A stretch of DNA of 64,000 nt. Source: an uncultured Halobacteriales archaeon. Lineage in GTDB: Archaea > Halobacteriota > Halobacteria > Halobacteriales > SKSH01. The stretch lies in NCBI GenBank assembly GCA_964502835.1, contig CAZCYF010000001.1:6666-70665 (forward strand). The letters are read 5' to 3'. The notes under the pieces are model-generated. The model saw only the letters and a program-made list of their open reading frames with translations, had not been told where the DNA came from and searched no databases. The position numbers and the translations under genes are program-made. Shown here piece by piece: positions 18,582-27,591 of this stretch. How positions within the stretch are numbered: position 1 is the first letter of the stretch; the number at the start of each line of letters is the position of its first letter.

Positions 18582-20000
18582 ATGGTCGTCCGCCTCGCCC
18601 TCGGGGTCTCCGCACGCGGTCACGACCTGCTCCGTTCGATCGCGGACTGGCCCGGTACGCTGCAGGTGGTGACCGAATCGACCAGAACGGCCGAGCGCCT
18701 CCGGGAGGCGGGCGTGGCCGCCCAGTCCGTGGCGACCATCGACACCACGGTGCTCGAAACGATGGAGATCGACCCCGACGTGGTGATCGTCGCGGCCGAC
18801 GACCCCGAGGTCGCGAGGGAGCTCCTCGCCCGCGTCCAACGGGTCCTTCCCGAGGCGACGCGCCTGGCAGTCGTCCCCACCATGGGTGGCGCCGACGCGT
18901 TACCCGCCCACAGGGTGATCGACATGAATGCGCTTGCCGCCAACGGTGTGCTTCGCGCCGTCGAGCCCTCGACGGTGGCGCGCACCGGCCGGCTCGTGCG
19001 AACACTTCGCGGTCTGGCCGATCCGGTTCGAGTCGTCATGCACGACAACCCCGACCCGGACGCGATCGGGGCTGCCGTCGGGGTTAGTCACCTGATCGAG
19101 GTCGGTGGTGGGACTGCCGAGGCCGTCTACGGCGGCGCAATCACGCACCAACAAAACCGCGCCTTCGTCAACTTGTTGTCCCTCGAGTTGACCCACGTCG
19201 ACGAGATCGAGCGTCTCGAGGGGGCCGGCGGGATCGTCCTTGTCGACCACGCCCATCCCGGCGTGAACGACGGCCTCGATCCCGAGCAGTCCGTCGACGT
19301 AATCATCGATCACCACCCCTCGCGCGAGGAGGCGGCCGCGGCGTTCGTCGATCGGCGCCACGACGTCGGGGCCACGAGTACGCTCGTGGCCGATCACCTG
19401 CTGCGGGCGGGGATCACCCCCTCAGCGCGTCTCGCGACCGCGCTGTGGTATGGCATCCACGTCGATACGGCGGGCTTTCGTCGGGGCATCTCCACGCTGG
19501 ATCTCGAAACGGCGTCACGGCTCATCGGCACGGTCGACGAGGACGTGCTCCAGCAGATCGAGGAGCCGCGCATGACCGCCGAGACCCTCGACACGATCGC
19601 AGATGCGATCGTGAATCGCCACCTCGTTGCCGAGGTGCTGGTGACCGACGTGGGAGCGCTTCGCGACCGGGACGCCCTGGCCCAGGCGGCGGAGGTGCTG
19701 GTCGAGATGGCCGGCGTCGAGACCGTCTGTGCGTTCGGCCACCGAGAGGAGATGATTTACGCGTCGGCTCGAACGCGCGATCCCGACCTCGACCTGGGCG
19801 AGGCCGTCCGGATCGGCTTCGAGCAGATCGGCCATGCTGGCGGCCACGAGGACATGGCGGGAGCGCAACTTCCCTTCGGCGAGTTGCCCTCCTCTGATGC
19901 CGAGCGCAGCGAGATGGTCGAGGACCGCTTCCGCGAGGGCGTGGCCGTCGCCGGGCGGCCCCTGCCCTCCGGCTATCTGGAGAGGACGCCCCGGCCCTGA
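18582..20000 (+). CDS. DHH/DHHA1 family phosphoesterase (NrnA-like) with an extra N-terminal alpha/beta domain
   Basis: DHH motifs HDNPDPDAIGAA, LVDHA and IIDHHP, plus a DHHA1-type HAGGHEDMAGAQ near the C-terminus. The N-terminal domain of about 100 aa precedes them. It lies 43 nt downstream of nuoN on the same strand. Confidence 0.8.
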   Translation: MVVRLALGVSARGHDLLRSIADWPGTLQVVTESTRTAERLREAGVAAQSVATIDTTVLETMEIDPDVVIVAADDPEVARELLARVQRVLPEATRLAVVPTMGGADALPAHRVIDMNALAANGVLRAVEPSTVARTGRLVRTLRGLADPVRVVMHDNPDPDAIGAAVGVSHLIEVGGGTAEAVYGGAITHQQNRAFVNLLSLELTHVDEIERLEGAGGIVLVDHAHPGVNDGLDPEQSVDVIIDHHPSREEAAAAFVDRRHDVGATSTLVADHLLRAGITPSARLATALWYGIHVDTAGFRRGISTLDLETASRLIGTVDEDVLQQIEEPRMTAETLDTIADAIVNRHLVAEVLVTDVGALRDRDALAQAAEVLVEMAGVETVCAFGHREEMIYASARTRDPDLDLGEAVRIGFEQIGHAGGHEDMAGAQLPFGELPSSDAERSEMVEDRFREGVAVAGRPLPSGYLERTPRP

Positions 20001-20068
20001 TCGCACTCGCCGGACGCTCGCGAGGAGTCGAGCGCCTTTTGGTCGTTTGGTGTCTCTCTCCATCCAGC

Positions 20069-20860
20069 ATGAGCGAGGCGCGTCGGGTGCTGGTCAAGGA
20101 CTATATGACCCGAGAGGTCGTGACCGTCTCGCCCGACGACCGCGTGGTCGACGTCGCCGAGCGGATCGCCGGGAACCGGGAGCACAACGGGTTTCCGGTG
20201 ACCGAAGGACGCCAGGTCAAGGGATTCGTCTCGGCACGCGACCTGCTGTTGGTCGGCGATGACGAGCCCATCTGGAAGGTGATGAACACCGACCTCGTGG
20301 TGGCCCACCCGGAGATGCGCGTGACTGACGCAGCCCGGGTGATTCTCCGGTCCGGGATTCAGAAGCTGCCGGTCGTCGACGACGCCAACAACCTCGTCGG
20401 GATCATCTCGAACGCGGACGTCATTCGGAGCCAAATCGAACGGGCCACCCCCGAGAAGGTGGGCAAGCTCAAGCGGACGCTCGAGCGCATCCACGACCTC
20501 AAGTTCCGCGACGAGCGCCGGCCCGTCTCGATTGGCGAGTTGATTCCGACCCAGACGCGGGTCTACGCGGACGAGCTCGAGGGACGGCAGTACGAGCTCG
20601 AGCGGGGGCTGGACGAGCCACTCGTGGTCATCGAGGTGGGAAATCGGCTCTTGCTCGCCGACGGCCACCACCGGGCCCTGGCCGCCAGACAGCTGGACAT
20701 CGACGAGCTCGAGGCGTACGTGATCGTCATCGATGACCCGACCGTCGAGCTCGGGATGGAACAGACGGCGAAACGGGAGGGGTTGGAGTCCGTCGAGGAC
20801 ATCGAGGTGGTCGATTACGCCAAGCATCCGCTCATCGAACGGACCAGGCGGCTCCAGTGA
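20069..20860 (+). CDS. CBS-pair domain fused to a ParB/Srx-like N-terminal (ParB nuclease-like) domain
   Basis: Two CBS repeats (VKDYMTREVVTVSPDD..., VMNTDLVVAHPEM...KLPVVDD). These are followed by the IGELIPTQ and LLADGHHRALAA (nt 20660-20674 encode DGHHR) motifs of the ParB/sulfiredoxin fold. ATG verified at 20069. Confidence 0.8.
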   Translation: MSEARRVLVKDYMTREVVTVSPDDRVVDVAERIAGNREHNGFPVTEGRQVKGFVSARDLLLVGDDEPIWKVMNTDLVVAHPEMRVTDAARVILRSGIQKLPVVDDANNLVGIISNADVIRSQIERATPEKVGKLKRTLERIHDLKFRDERRPVSIGELIPTQTRVYADELEGRQYELERGLDEPLVVIEVGNRLLLADGHHRALAARQLDIDELEAYVIVIDDPTVELGMEQTAKREGLESVEDIEVVDYAKHPLIERTRRLQ

Positions 20861-20875
20861 GGAGCGATCCGTCGT

Positions 20876-21763
20876 TCACGACTGACGGTCGACGGATCGA
20901 ACGACGCCCGCATCGTCAACCGCGACAGTGAGGGTGTCGTCACCGGCTTCGAACGTCACGCTCGCCAGTTCACCATCAACGCTGGTATCGGTGGCGGCTA
21001 GGTGCTCATCCAACCGGAGGAAGGGGACGTCCGTGATGGCATGGTCGTGGTCGAGGTGGAAGTCGACGACGGCCGGATGGGAGGCGAGGAGGAACCGTAG
21101 AGGGACCAGAATCTCGTACGAACAGGTTCGACACCGGTGATGGACGATGATCGGGGGGTCGTCGACGTCCTGTGGAACCTCCACCGCGGGCATGTCGATC
21201 GAGGTCTCCATTGACGACCAACACTCCGGGCAGAACTCGCGACGGGCGAATTCGACCTGTGAGCGCATTTCCGCATCGACGACCTCGAGAAGCTCATCCA
21301 GCGGCCGATCGGCGACGACCCGCGGGGGGAGGCCCGTCCCCGCGACGCCGCCGTGGTCGGGACAGCGAAGCTGCAGGATATCGTGTTCGTAGTGCGCCAC
21401 AAGCTGCGCGCCACACAGCATGCACGTGTGGTCCGTCTCGAGGCCGAGGTCAACGGATTCGGTGCTTCCGGTACCGGCGACGAGCAACCCGTACGCCTGT
21501 CGACCAGCATACCGGAGCCGATAGCCATCGTCTGTTCGCTCGACGAACCGGGGGACCAGTTCGTCGAGGTGGTAATTGAAGCGCCCGGAGTCTGCCACCT
21601 CCGCCCGGCGCCGCAGTTCGCTGAACGTGAGCGCACCACGCTCCGTGCGGTGATGTTCGGCAAGTGCGATGAGGATCGCGATCCGTGTCGTATCGGCCAG
21701 GCCGCGAAACACGGCCTTGGCACGGGCGGTATCCACCTCCGGCGCCCCGTGATCGGTCGCCAT
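20876..21763 (-). CDS. Winged-helix (ArsR-like) transcription regulator with C-terminal double zinc-ribbon-like domain
   Basis: wHTH segment FRGLADTTRIAILIALAE...LTFSELRRRAEVADSGRFNYHLDELV. Downstream cysteine pairs are CMLC...CPDH and CPEC...CRTC. The start is trimmed to the ATG at 21763, because the track extension to 21928 runs through the AT-rich promoter and into the divergent ABC gene. Confidence 0.7.
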   Translation of the reverse strand: MATDHGAPEVDTARAKAVFRGLADTTRIAILIALAEHHRTERGALTFSELRRRAEVADSGRFNYHLDELVPRFVERTDDGYRLRYAGRQAYGLLVAGTGSTESVDLGLETDHTCMLCGAQLVAHYEHDILQLRCPDHGGVAGTGLPPRVVADRPLDELLEVVDAEMRSQVEFARREFCPECWSSMETSIDMPAVEVPQDVDDPPIIVHHRCRTCSYEILVPLRFLLASHPAVVDFHLDHDHAITDVPFLRLDEHLAATDTSVDGELASVTFEAGDDTLTVAVDDAGVVRSVDRQS

Positions 21764-21850
21764 GCCCGGAGCTGTGTGGCCAAAACCATCCCAGTACCGG
21801 TTGCAACCGCTCACCTCGATTACAGAACACGCGTTCGGGAACGAAGCTGA

Positions 21851-21876
21851 CAGAAATATAATTCTGCTTATATTTA
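21851..21876. promoter_or_regulatory. Near-palindrome abutting a TATA box in a divergent promoter region
   Basis: CAGAAATATAATTCTG (21851-21866) has 14 of 16 positions self-complementary. It is immediately followed by TTATATTTA (21868-21876), about 30 nt upstream of the ABC ATPase ATG at 21903. Confidence 0.4.
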
Positions 21877-21902
21877 TGGGGCTGCCGTCGTGATCCGAAC
21901 CT

Positions 21903-22910
21903 ATGGCCGACCCTCCAGATCCCGTCATCGAGGTCGACGGGGTGACGAAACGCTACGGCGATCTCACCGCCGTTGATGACGTCTCGCTCACCGTCCCGAA
22001 CGGTGAGGTCGTCGGGTTGCTCGGTCCGAACGGAGCGGGCAAGACGACCTTGATCAAGACCATCCTCGGCCTGATCATCCCGACAGACGGGACGGTCCGT
22101 GTCGCCGGGAACAACGTGCACCAACGACCCAAACGAGCGTACGGTACCGTCGGCGCCATGCTCGAGGGCGCACGAAACGTGTACTGGCGCCTGAGCGTCC
22201 GTGAAAATCTCGCCTATTTCGCGGCGCTCGGTGGTCAGGCGGTCGACCCCGAGGACCACGACGAGTTGCTCGAGCGATTCAACCTGATGGACAAGGCGGA
22301 TGAGCCGCTGAACGAGCTCTCTCGAGGGCAAAAACAGAAGGTCTCCCTCGCGTGCACCCTCGTGCGGGATACGGACGTGGTATTTCTTGACGAGCCGACC
22401 CTCGGGTTGGACGTCGAGGCGTCCCACGAGCTCCGACGCGAGCTCCGACGGCTCGTCAGCGACGAGTCGTTGACGGTTGTGCTCTCGAGTCACGACATGG
22501 ACGTGATGGAGGAGGTGTGCGACCGCGTCGTCATCCTCAGCGACGGATCGGTGATCGCCGACGAGACGATCGACGACCTCATGGGGCTGTTTCGCACCAG
22601 GGCGTACCGGATCACCGTCGAGGGAACCGTCCCTGCCTCCGTCCGCGACGCCATCCGGTCGCGATTCGACCCGGACGATTGGTCGACGAACGAGGAGTAC
22701 ACGACGCTCGAGGTGACGATCGCTGACGACGGTTCGGTGTACGACGTGCTGAGCGTCCTGGCCGAGGCGAGCTGTCCCCTCGATGACATCGAAAGCATGG
22801 AACCGGACCTCGAGGAGGTCTTCCTCGAGATGACCAACGATACCCCCACACGTGCCTCGGCCACACCTCGGGGTATCCGACCGGTGTCGGCCGGCGGTGA
22901 TGCATCGTGA
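21903..22910 (+). CDS. ABC transporter ATP-binding protein (ABC-2/DrrA-like exporter type)
   Basis: Walker A GPNGAGKTT, signature LSRGQKQK, Walker B VVFLDEPT, H-loop SSHDM, plus a C-terminal accessory domain. Confidence 0.9.
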   Translation: MADPPDPVIEVDGVTKRYGDLTAVDDVSLTVPNGEVVGLLGPNGAGKTTLIKTILGLIIPTDGTVRVAGNNVHQRPKRAYGTVGAMLEGARNVYWRLSVRENLAYFAALGGQAVDPEDHDELLERFNLMDKADEPLNELSRGQKQKVSLACTLVRDTDVVFLDEPTLGLDVEASHELRRELRRLVSDESLTVVLSSHDMDVMEEVCDRVVILSDGSVIADETIDDLMGLFRTRAYRITVEGTVPASVRDAIRSRFDPDDWSTNEEYTTLEVTIADDGSVYDVLSVLAEASCPLDDIESMEPDLEEVFLEMTNDTPTRASATPRGIRPVSAGGDAS

Positions 22911-23707
22911 CGACGTCGGCGTTCCCTGGCGACCTCCGGGGCACTGGTCGGTTCGCGGCGGCAGCCGCGCGAAAACGAATCCTCCTGCTCGTGCGCTACC
23001 CGGTGAACACCATCTCGCAGTTCGTGACGATCTATCTCCTGTTCCTCGTCATCTTCCTCGGCGGGCGGGCCGTCGCGCCGGCGACGATCACCGACTCGTT
23101 GGCCGGCATCATCGTGGGCTATCTGCTGTGGACGATGGCGCTCACCGCCTTTTCCGGCCTGTCCTGGAACGTCACTCGCGAGGCCCAATGGGGCACGCTG
23201 GAGCAGCTGTACATGTCGCCGTTTGGCTTCGGGCGGGTGATGGGGATCAAGATGGTGGTGAACGTGCTGGAATCCTTCCTCTGGGGGGCCGCCATCCTGG
23301 TGTTGATGATGGTGACCACCGGTGAGATGGTCCATATCGATCCCCTGACGGTCGTCCCGTTGCTCGGCCTGGCGGTGGCACCGGCGGTGGGCATCGGGTT
23401 CGCCCTGGGCGGCGTGGCCGTTCGGTTCAAACGGATCGAAAACGTGTTCCAGATCTTCCAGTTCCTCTTCATCGGCCTGATCGCAGCGCCGATCAGCGAC
23501 ATCCCGTTGGCACGGTGGTTACCCCTCGCCCAGGGGAGCGCGATGTTGCAACGGACCATGGTTGAGGGGCTGTCGATCTGGGAGCTGCCCATGGAGGAGC
23601 TGGCCGTCCTGCTGGTGACTGGCGTCGGCTATCTCGTCGTCGGCTTTGTGATCTTCCAGTGGTGCCAGCGATGGGCCCGACGCGCGGGCGTGATGGGTCA
23701 CTACTGA
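22907..23707 (+). CDS. ABC-2 type transporter permease
   Basis: Six predicted hydrophobic helices. GTG start overlaps the ATPase stop (GTGA). Confidence 0.8.
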   Translation: MTTSAFPGDLRGTGRFAAAAARKRILLLVRYPVNTISQFVTIYLLFLVIFLGGRAVAPATITDSLAGIIVGYLLWTMALTAFSGLSWNVTREAQWGTLEQLYMSPFGFGRVMGIKMVVNVLESFLWGAAILVLMMVTTGEMVHIDPLTVVPLLGLAVAPAVGIGFALGGVAVRFKRIENVFQIFQFLFIGLIAAPISDIPLARWLPLAQGSAMLQRTMVEGLSIWELPMEELAVLLVTGVGYLVVGFVIFQWCQRWARRAGVMGHY

Positions 23708-23757
23708 GGCCATTCCGAGGAGCACCGTTTATTCCATCTGGGGCCGAACGTCTGGGC

Positions 23758-25458
23758 ATGTACGACGAGGACGACCTCGCGGCCATTCGCGAGGCGCGCG
23801 AGCGATGGGAGTCCGAGACGCTCGAGCCAACCCTCGATGCCTACGGCGAGCGTCGCGACCGCTTTGCGACGGTGTCGAACCTCGAGGTGGACCGACTCTA
23901 TACGCCTGAAGACGTCGCCGACGTAGAGTACGATCGCGACCTGGGCTTTCCCGGCGAACCACCCTATACGCGTGGCGTCTACCCCACCATGTACCGGGGG
24001 CGGCCGTGGACGATGCGCCAGTTCGCCGGCTTCGGAACGCCGGAGGAAACGAACGAGCGCTTTCATTATCTGATCGAGGAGGGCCAGACCGGCCTGTCGA
24101 CGGCCTTTGACATGCCGACGCTGATGGGTATCGACTCGGATGACGACATGGCCGTCGGCGAGGTCGGCAAGGAAGGCGTCGCCGTCGACACGCTGCGCGA
24201 CATGGAGATCATCTTCGACGGCATCGATCTCGGTGCGGTGTCAACCAGCTTTACGATCAACCCGAGCGCGCCCGTCATCTACGCGATGTACGTCGCGCTG
24301 GCCGACCAGCAAGGCGTCCCCCGCGAGGAGATCCGCGGCACCCTCCAGAATGACATGTTCAAGGAGTTCATCGCGCAAAAGGAGTGGGTAGTTCCACCGG
24401 AGCCGTCGCTCAAGCTGGTCACGGACGTCGTGGAGTTTGCCGCCGACGAGACACCAAAGTTCCATCCCATCTCCGTCTCGGGCTATCACATCCGCGAGGC
24501 CGGCTCGACGGCCGTCCAGGAGCTGGCGTTCACACTCGCCGACGGATTCGCCTACGTTGAGGACGGTCTCAACCGCGGGCTCGATCTCGAGGCGTTCGCG
24601 CCCCGCCTGTCGTTTTTCTTCAACTGCCACAACTCGTTCTTCGAGGAAATCGCGAAGTTCCGTGCCGCCCGCCGGATCTGGGCGCGCAAGATGGCCGACT
24701 GGTACGATGCCACCGACGACGAGGTCCGACGGCTCAAGTTCCACACGCAGACGGCCGGGCAGAGCCTCACGGCCCAACAGCCGTTGAACAACGTGGTCCG
24801 AACCACCATCCAGGCACTGGCGGCCGTCCTCGGGGGTACCCAAAGTCTGCATACCAACAGCTACGACGAGGCGCTGGCCCTGCCGACCGAACAGTCGGTC
24901 CGGGTGGCCCTTCGCACACAGCAGATCATCGCCGATGAGTCGGGTGCGGCCGACATCGTCGATCCCCTCGGTGGCAGCTTCGCCGTCGAGGCGCTGACCG
25001 ACGAGGTCGAGCGCGAGGCCATTGCCTACCTCGAGGAGATCCGGGACATGGGCGACGGTTCGATGCGAGCCGGCGTCCTAGACGGGATCGAGCGCGGCTA
25101 TTTCCAGCGAGAGATCCAGGAGTCCGCGTTCGAATACCAACAGCGCGTCGAGCGCGAGGAGGAGGTCGTCGTCGGGGTCAACAAGTACACCATCGAGGAG
25201 GACACGAGCCCGGAAATCCTCTCCATCGGCGAGAACGCACAGCAGATCCAACACGATCGCCTCGCATCCGTCGAGGCCGATCGGGACGAGGAGGCGGTCG
25301 AAGCCGCCCTCGAGCGCATCCGGGAGCGAGAAGCCGCCGGTGAGAACGTCATGCCGGCGATGGTCGATGCAGTCAAGGCCTACGCGACGATGGGCGAGAT
25401 CATGGACGTCTTCGCCGAAATCCACGGCACGTACCGCGAGGAGATCGGCGTCGCCTGA
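23758..25458 (+). CDS. mcmA: Methylmalonyl-CoA mutase, large (catalytic) subunit
   Basis: Conserved PYTRGVYPTMYRGRPWTMRQFAGFG, GQTGLSTAFD and FHTQTAGQSLTAQQP motifs. The internal ATG at 23758 is chosen because the track start at 23659 overlaps the preceding permease. Confidence 0.95.
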   Translation: MYDEDDLAAIREARERWESETLEPTLDAYGERRDRFATVSNLEVDRLYTPEDVADVEYDRDLGFPGEPPYTRGVYPTMYRGRPWTMRQFAGFGTPEETNERFHYLIEEGQTGLSTAFDMPTLMGIDSDDDMAVGEVGKEGVAVDTLRDMEIIFDGIDLGAVSTSFTINPSAPVIYAMYVALADQQGVPREEIRGTLQNDMFKEFIAQKEWVVPPEPSLKLVTDVVEFAADETPKFHPISVSGYHIREAGSTAVQELAFTLADGFAYVEDGLNRGLDLEAFAPRLSFFFNCHNSFFEEIAKFRAARRIWARKMADWYDATDDEVRRLKFHTQTAGQSLTAQQPLNNVVRTTIQALAAVLGGTQSLHTNSYDEALALPTEQSVRVALRTQQIIADESGAADIVDPLGGSFAVEALTDEVEREAIAYLEEIRDMGDGSMRAGVLDGIERGYFQREIQESAFEYQQRVEREEEVVVGVNKYTIEEDTSPEILSIGENAQQIQHDRLASVEADRDEEAVEAALERIREREAAGENVMPAMVDAVKAYATMGEIMDVFAEIHGTYREEIGVA

Positions 25459-25467
25459 CCACCGCGG

Positions 25468-26454
25468 TCACCCCGGGGCGTCCTCGTCCATGGCCGCGCG
25501 CACCGGCCCGACGATCTCCTCGCTGACCGTGTAGGGATCGGTCCGTCTCGCGGCGATCGCCTCGACCAGCTCGTCCAGTCCGCCCCGGCGGTCGATCTCG
25601 GCTTCGGCGAGAGCGCCGAGTTCCTCCCGGACGATCGTTCGGACCTCCTCGGCATAGCGCCGACGTGCGCGGGAGGCTCCCTCACCCGACGTCTCGAGGT
25701 AGTCACGGTGGTCGGCGAGGGCGTCGTGGAGGTCATCGATCCCCTCGGATTGAGTGGCGACCGTCTCGATGACGGGCGGCTCCCAGCCGTCGCCATCGGC
25801 CACCTCGGGATCGAGACGGATCATCTCGAGCAGGTCATCGACGGTGCGGTCGGCACCGGAGAGATCGGCCTTGTTCACGGCAAAAATGTCGGCAATCTCG
25901 AGGATACCCGCCTTGAGCATCTGCACCGTGTCGCCACTTTGGGGTGGAACCAGGACGAGCACGGTATCTGCGGTCCGGACGATGTCGACCTCGTTCTGGC
26001 CGGCGCCGACGGTTTCGATGATGATCCGGTCCATGCCAGCCGCCGAGAGCGCCTTCACGGCGTCCGATGTGGCGCTACTCAGCCCACCGAGGCGGCCACG
26101 GGCACTCATCGAGCGGACGAACACGCCGTCGTCGCCGACGGCGGCGCCCATCCGGATTCGGTCGCCGAGGACGGCCCCACCGGAAAACGGCGACGACGGA
26201 TCGATCGCCAACACGCCCACCGTCTCATCGGCCGCTCGGTACCGCGCGGTCAACCGGTCGACGAGCGTCGACTTCCCCGAACCGGGCGATCCCGTGACGC
26301 CGATGACCGCCGCGTCCCGGCCGCGGCGGTGGAGCTCCGCGACCAGCTCGCGATAGCCCGCCGAGCGATCCTCGATGTGGGAGATGGCCCGCGCTAGGGC
26401 GCGGGTGTCGCCGTCGACCAGGTCGTCGACGAGGGTCGCGTGCGCCGACGTCAT
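25468..26454 (-). CDS. meaB: Methylmalonyl-CoA mutase-associated GTPase MeaB/ArgK
   Basis: P-loop GSPGSGKST, ETVGAGQ and NKADL G-protein motifs. ATGA overlap with the upstream B12 subunit gene. Confidence 0.9.
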   Translation of the reverse strand: MTSAHATLVDDLVDGDTRALARAISHIEDRSAGYRELVAELHRRGRDAAVIGVTGSPGSGKSTLVDRLTARYRAADETVGVLAIDPSSPFSGGAVLGDRIRMGAAVGDDGVFVRSMSARGRLGGLSSATSDAVKALSAAGMDRIIIETVGAGQNEVDIVRTADTVLVLVPPQSGDTVQMLKAGILEIADIFAVNKADLSGADRTVDDLLEMIRLDPEVADGDGWEPPVIETVATQSEGIDDLHDALADHRDYLETSGEGASRARRRYAEEVRTIVREELGALAEAEIDRRGGLDELVEAIAARRTDPYTVSEEIVGPVRAAMDEDAPG

Positions 26455-26867
26455 CGCTGCGGCGCGTTCGCACGGACGAACTCGATCGTCTTCTGGATAC
26501 TCGTGCCGGGGCCGAAGATCTCCGCGACGCCGAGGTCCTTCAGGTGCTCGGCGTCCTCGTCCGGGATGACGCCGCCGACGAGGATGAGGGTGTCCTCGAA
26601 CGCCCCCTCCGCCTTGAGCCCCTCGATGACCTTGGGGACGAGCGTATTGTGTGCACCAGAGAGAATGGAGATGCCGAGCACGTCCACGTCCTCCTGGACG
26701 GCCGCCTGGACGATCTCGTCCGGGGCGCGGTGCAGGCCCGAATAGACCACCTCGAAGCCCGCATCACGAAACGCCCGGGCGATCACGTGGGCGCCGCGGT
26801 CGTGACCGTCGAGGCCCACCTTGGCCACGAGGCACCGAACGGTCCGCTGTTGCCCGTCAGCGCTCAT
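26451..26867 (-). CDS. mcmB: Methylmalonyl-CoA mutase, cobalamin-binding small subunit
   Basis: B12-binding DxHxxG motif in GLDGHDRGAHV and a Rossmann-like GGVIP segment. About 138 aa. Confidence 0.9.
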   Translation of the reverse strand: MSADGQQRTVRCLVAKVGLDGHDRGAHVIARAFRDAGFEVVYSGLHRAPDEIVQAAVQEDVDVLGISILSGAHNTLVPKVIEGLKAEGAFEDTLILVGGVIPDEDAEHLKDLGVAEIFGPGTSIQKTIEFVRANAPQR

Positions 26868-26952
26868 GTGTACGGACTACCCGCGCCCGGGGTATCACAG
26901 TTACGAACCGCAAAGGAAACCCACATCTTCGCGCCGGGGGTACGCCCACGCA

Positions 26953-27537
26953 ATGACCGAGTGGCCCGACCGCGCGATGCCGATCGATCCCCGCCGGGGG
27001 ACGGTGGTCGTGACGGCCGTCGCCTACGCGATCGTCATCGCCACCTTCGCCGGCTGGCTGCCGATCTTTCCTGACCTCGGCCGTGGGACGATCGACCTCC
27101 TGTCGCATGTCACGGCCGTGGTGAACGCGCTCACCGTCGGCGCCATTCTCGCGGGCTGGCACGCGATCCGCTCCGGGCGTGTCCGCCGCCATGCCGCGTC
27201 GATGACGACCGCGCTCCTCCTCATTGGGACGTTTCTCGTCTTGTATCTGTCTCGCATCGGTGGTGGCGGGCAAAAGGAGATCGTCGGTGCCGAGGGGCTC
27301 GCAATGGCCGCATACCTGGGCATGCTCGGCGTTCACATCGTGCTCTCGATCGTGGCGGTGCCGCTGGTGGTGTACGTGTTCTTGCTCGGAGTGACGAACG
27401 ACCTCGATGCCATCTACGCCTCTCGGCATGCTCGACTCGGCCGACTAACCGCGACGACGTGGCTCTTGAGCCTCGTGCTCGGCATCGGTGCGTACCTCAT
27501 GTTGAACCACGTCTATGGCGCCGAACTGGCTGCCTGA
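26953..27537 (+). CDS. DUF420-like four-helix membrane protein
   Basis: Four hydrophobic helices and an HVTAVVNALT...RRHAASM pattern that I recall for DUF420. ATG verified at 26953. Confidence 0.6.
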   Translation: MTEWPDRAMPIDPRRGTVVVTAVAYAIVIATFAGWLPIFPDLGRGTIDLLSHVTAVVNALTVGAILAGWHAIRSGRVRRHAASMTTALLLIGTFLVLYLSRIGGGGQKEIVGAEGLAMAAYLGMLGVHIVLSIVAVPLVVYVFLLGVTNDLDAIYASRHARLGRLTATTWLLSLVLGIGAYLMLNHVYGAELAA

Positions 27538-27591
27538 TTCCGACGCCAGGTCACCGCCCTGTATCAGCAGCCGATGCGACAGCCGAATCAG

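Noticed and set aside
19015-19035. GGTTCGA-like string resembling a tRNA T-arm, part of a general search for tRNA genes in spacers
   Set aside because: It lies inside the DHH/DHHA1 coding frame with no flanking acceptor or anticodon stems. None of the spacers of 75 nt or more (8128-8225, 21764-21902, 33461-33560, 38790-38910, 46123-46207, 50805-50902, 56106-56245, 59466-59578) folds by eye into a cloverleaf.
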